Assembly: GCA_001244265.2 (NCBI GenBank)
Contig: CDLV01000007.1
Span: forward strand, 806,001-870,000
Direction: 5' to 3'
DNA: 64,000 nucleotides
Source of the DNA: Microbotryum violaceum
Lineage: Eukaryota
Positions 61,779-64,000 of the stretch are shown here, in pieces. The notes beneath the pieces were generated by a model. It had not been told where the DNA came from. It saw only the letters and a program-made list of their open reading frames with translations, and searched no databases. The number at the start of each line of letters is the position of its first letter. Position 1 is the first letter of the stretch. Made by a program: the position numbers and the translations under genes.

Positions 61779-63878
61779 ATGTCGGATACGTCGGTAAGCT
61801 CATCCTACACTTCATTCGCTCTTTGACACACCGAGCTGATGCTCCCCCTCTTCCCACTCTGCCTCCACTACTTCCCCTCGCCTCGCCTCATACATTGCCT
61901 CGCAACCGGATCCGAATGACGTCGCACCCCCACCCCTTCCTCAGTCGCCACCCCCGGCCCCCTCCTCGTCCCCACCCGCCCGAACGAACCCCTCCGAACA
62001 TGCCAAACAACTCTTGACCCCCATAGACGTGTCCGTGCCGCCTCTGATCGTGCGAGGCCCCTTGATTCCCACCTCGGATCCTTCCTCGTCCTCCACCTCG
62101 ATCGCACCCACCAGTGCCGATGCCGTGCCTCCGACCAATGCGACCGCCATTCCCGAGACCGAAGCCACGACCACATCCTCGATCAGGATCCAGTTGACCG
62201 ATCAACAGATGCACGATCAGAGCAGGTGGACAGAGCAGAGGATACAGCGCAAGATGAGGGGAGAGTACGAGAGGGCAGGGCAGCAGCTCAGCGAGTTGGT
62301 CAGTTGCGCCCACGCCATACATACCCCACACGGCGCAACGTGGTCCTGATCCCGTTTTTTGGTGGCTCGTACAGGTCAACGAATCATTGGACATACCTCT
62401 AAGGCTCAACTCGATCCGGATCGTCGGCGCGAAAACGACCCGATCCTCGTTCCTCTCGTCTCTCGTCGCACCCTTCCTACCCGAGATCGCCCCCCCATCC
62501 TACCTCCAAGCAGAACCCACATCACGACCCACATCATCCGACCCACCACAAACCTTGGCCTCGCTGCTCAGCACCACTCGCGAACTCTCGACCTTGCTGT
62601 CCCAGTTTGACATTTTCCGGCAGATTGACGCCGTGCTCGAACAATCACCGAGTGTGCTCGCTGAACCGGGCGATGTCGATATCGTGCTACGCGTAAAGGA
62701 GGCACCCAAGTACTTTTTGCGGACAGCGACCGATCTCGGCGACGGTGAAGGATCAGCCGTGAGCTTGACTCTCCTTAGACTCGTATTTCCTCCGTTCAAC
62801 GCACTGACCACCTCTCCTCCCCGACTCGCCCATCCAAGACGGCGACGGCCCGGATCCGCAACGCTTTCGGAGGGGCGGAACAAGTTGAAGGCAACATCGC
62901 GTTCGGGACGCGCACCAAGTCCGCCTTTCAACTCCGAGTCGATACCCCGATCAACGCCTCGCCAAACTCGCGTGCCGAACTCGCCGTCTTTTCCGCCAAT
63001 CGCGATTTGAGCTACTATGCCAGTTGTGGCGAGTACACCAAAGGTGCCCAGGCCAAGATCAGGGTCAGTTCAGCACGCCTTGACCCGCTCGGAGAATCTC
63101 CCTGCTGACCTTTCCGTATCTACAGACCTTGACCCCGTTTGGTCTGTCCGAACTCTCGTACGAAGCCGTACTGCGCAACCTCTCCGACATCCTACCCAAA
63201 GCCTCCATGTCAATCCGCAACGCCGCCGGACCGTCAGTCAAATCCTCCCTCTCGCACACCCTAACCAGGGACACGCGCGACGACCTCTTTGCGCCTACTC
63301 AAGGGTCCTTCCTCCGCTTCAAACAAGAATACGCCGGCCTGGGGGGCGACGCGCAATTCTTCAAAACGGAAACTGAAACTTCGACCAGTCGAGCGCTACC
63401 TTTCTGCCCACCCGGATGGACCCTGTCCTTCGGTTCGAGGACGGGTTGGTTACAACCCCTTAACGCCTCACGAACGTCCCATTTCATCGATCGATACCAA
63501 CTAGGAGGACCGACCTCGATGCGACAATTCCGACCGAATTCGCTCGGTCCCAAGGACGCGGCCGATCATTTGGGTGGGGACCTCTTCTGGGCCACCGGAC
63601 TTTCGCTCACCGTTCCCTTTACGCCTAAACCTCATTGGCCTCTGAAGGTACATACCTTCCTCAACGCGGGCAAGTTGTCCACCTTTGATCCTCAACAAGG
63701 TTATATGGGTAATTTGAAGGGTTTGGTCAAGGAACCTAGCGTGAGCGTAGGGTTGGGTTTGATGTATAGGCATTCATTAGTGAGGATCGAAGCGAACGTA
63801 GGCGTACCTTTGGCGATGGGCAAGCAGGAAGGTGGGGTCAAGGGATTGCAGTTTGGGTTGGGGATGAGTTTCCTTTGA
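61779..63878 (+). CDS. SAM50: Mitochondrial outer-membrane beta-barrel insertase Sam50 (Omp85 family)
   Basis: POTRA-like IVGAKTTRSSFL, RIRNAFGGAE, AGPSVKSSLSH..RDTRD, EYAGLGGDAQFFK, DRYQLGGPTSMRQF and a C-terminal beta signal GLQFGLGMSFL. A five-codon first exon splices in frame at 61945. Confidence 0.96.
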
Positions 63879-64000
63879 GAGAACGGTTTTTATAGGAGCT
63901 AGATAAGATTGAATAGACCCAGATCGGTCAGGCATTTAAAAAAAAGAACGTGCAACTCAGCACATCCCCTTTCCATGGGCACTCGCTTTTTGAGGCAACG

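Noticed and set aside
61014..62017. Long ORFs with PC, PL, PA or GR dipeptide repeats
   Set aside because: Translations of the non-coding (GGGGCA)n repeat in the DNAJC11/SAM50 intergenic region.
732..63878. A metabolic or secondary-metabolite gene cluster spanning the window
   Set aside because: No PKS, NRPS or terpene backbone gene; the genes are functionally unrelated housekeeping loci.

Overview
Gene-dense, intron-rich eukaryotic DNA with short GT-AG introns and CTRAY branch points. It is most consistent with a basidiomycete fungus, probably Pucciniomycotina/Microbotryomycetes-like (inference from intron density and gene content). About 20 protein genes can be assembled by eye: FBP1, COQ2, MSH3, a coiled-coil hypothetical, POL5, an F-box protein, AP-1 gamma-adaptin, a micro-exon grg1/ccg-1 gene missed by the ORF track, an ATF1-like bZIP, a copper amine oxidase, a Ybp1/glomulin-like protein, VAMP7, tRNA ligase TRL1, a bacterial-type SppA (S49) protease, ARP6, RPL15, a hypothetical protein, an SPX-RING ligase ending in a CaaX box, DNAJC11 and SAM50. 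Also present are a dead, internally deleted LINE and an ABC-F pseudogene with a tRNA-like element antisense inside one intron. Most notable: (1) DNAJC11 and SAM50, partners in the mammalian MIB complex, lie head-to-head about 500 bp apart; (2) a spliced two-domain SppA retains its Ser/Lys catalytic residues; (3) the tRNA-like insert has an aberrant anticodon loop; (4) an 82-bp duplication in the LINE forms an exactly removable GT..AG intron. Exon boundaries were read manually and not checked by alignment or transcript data.
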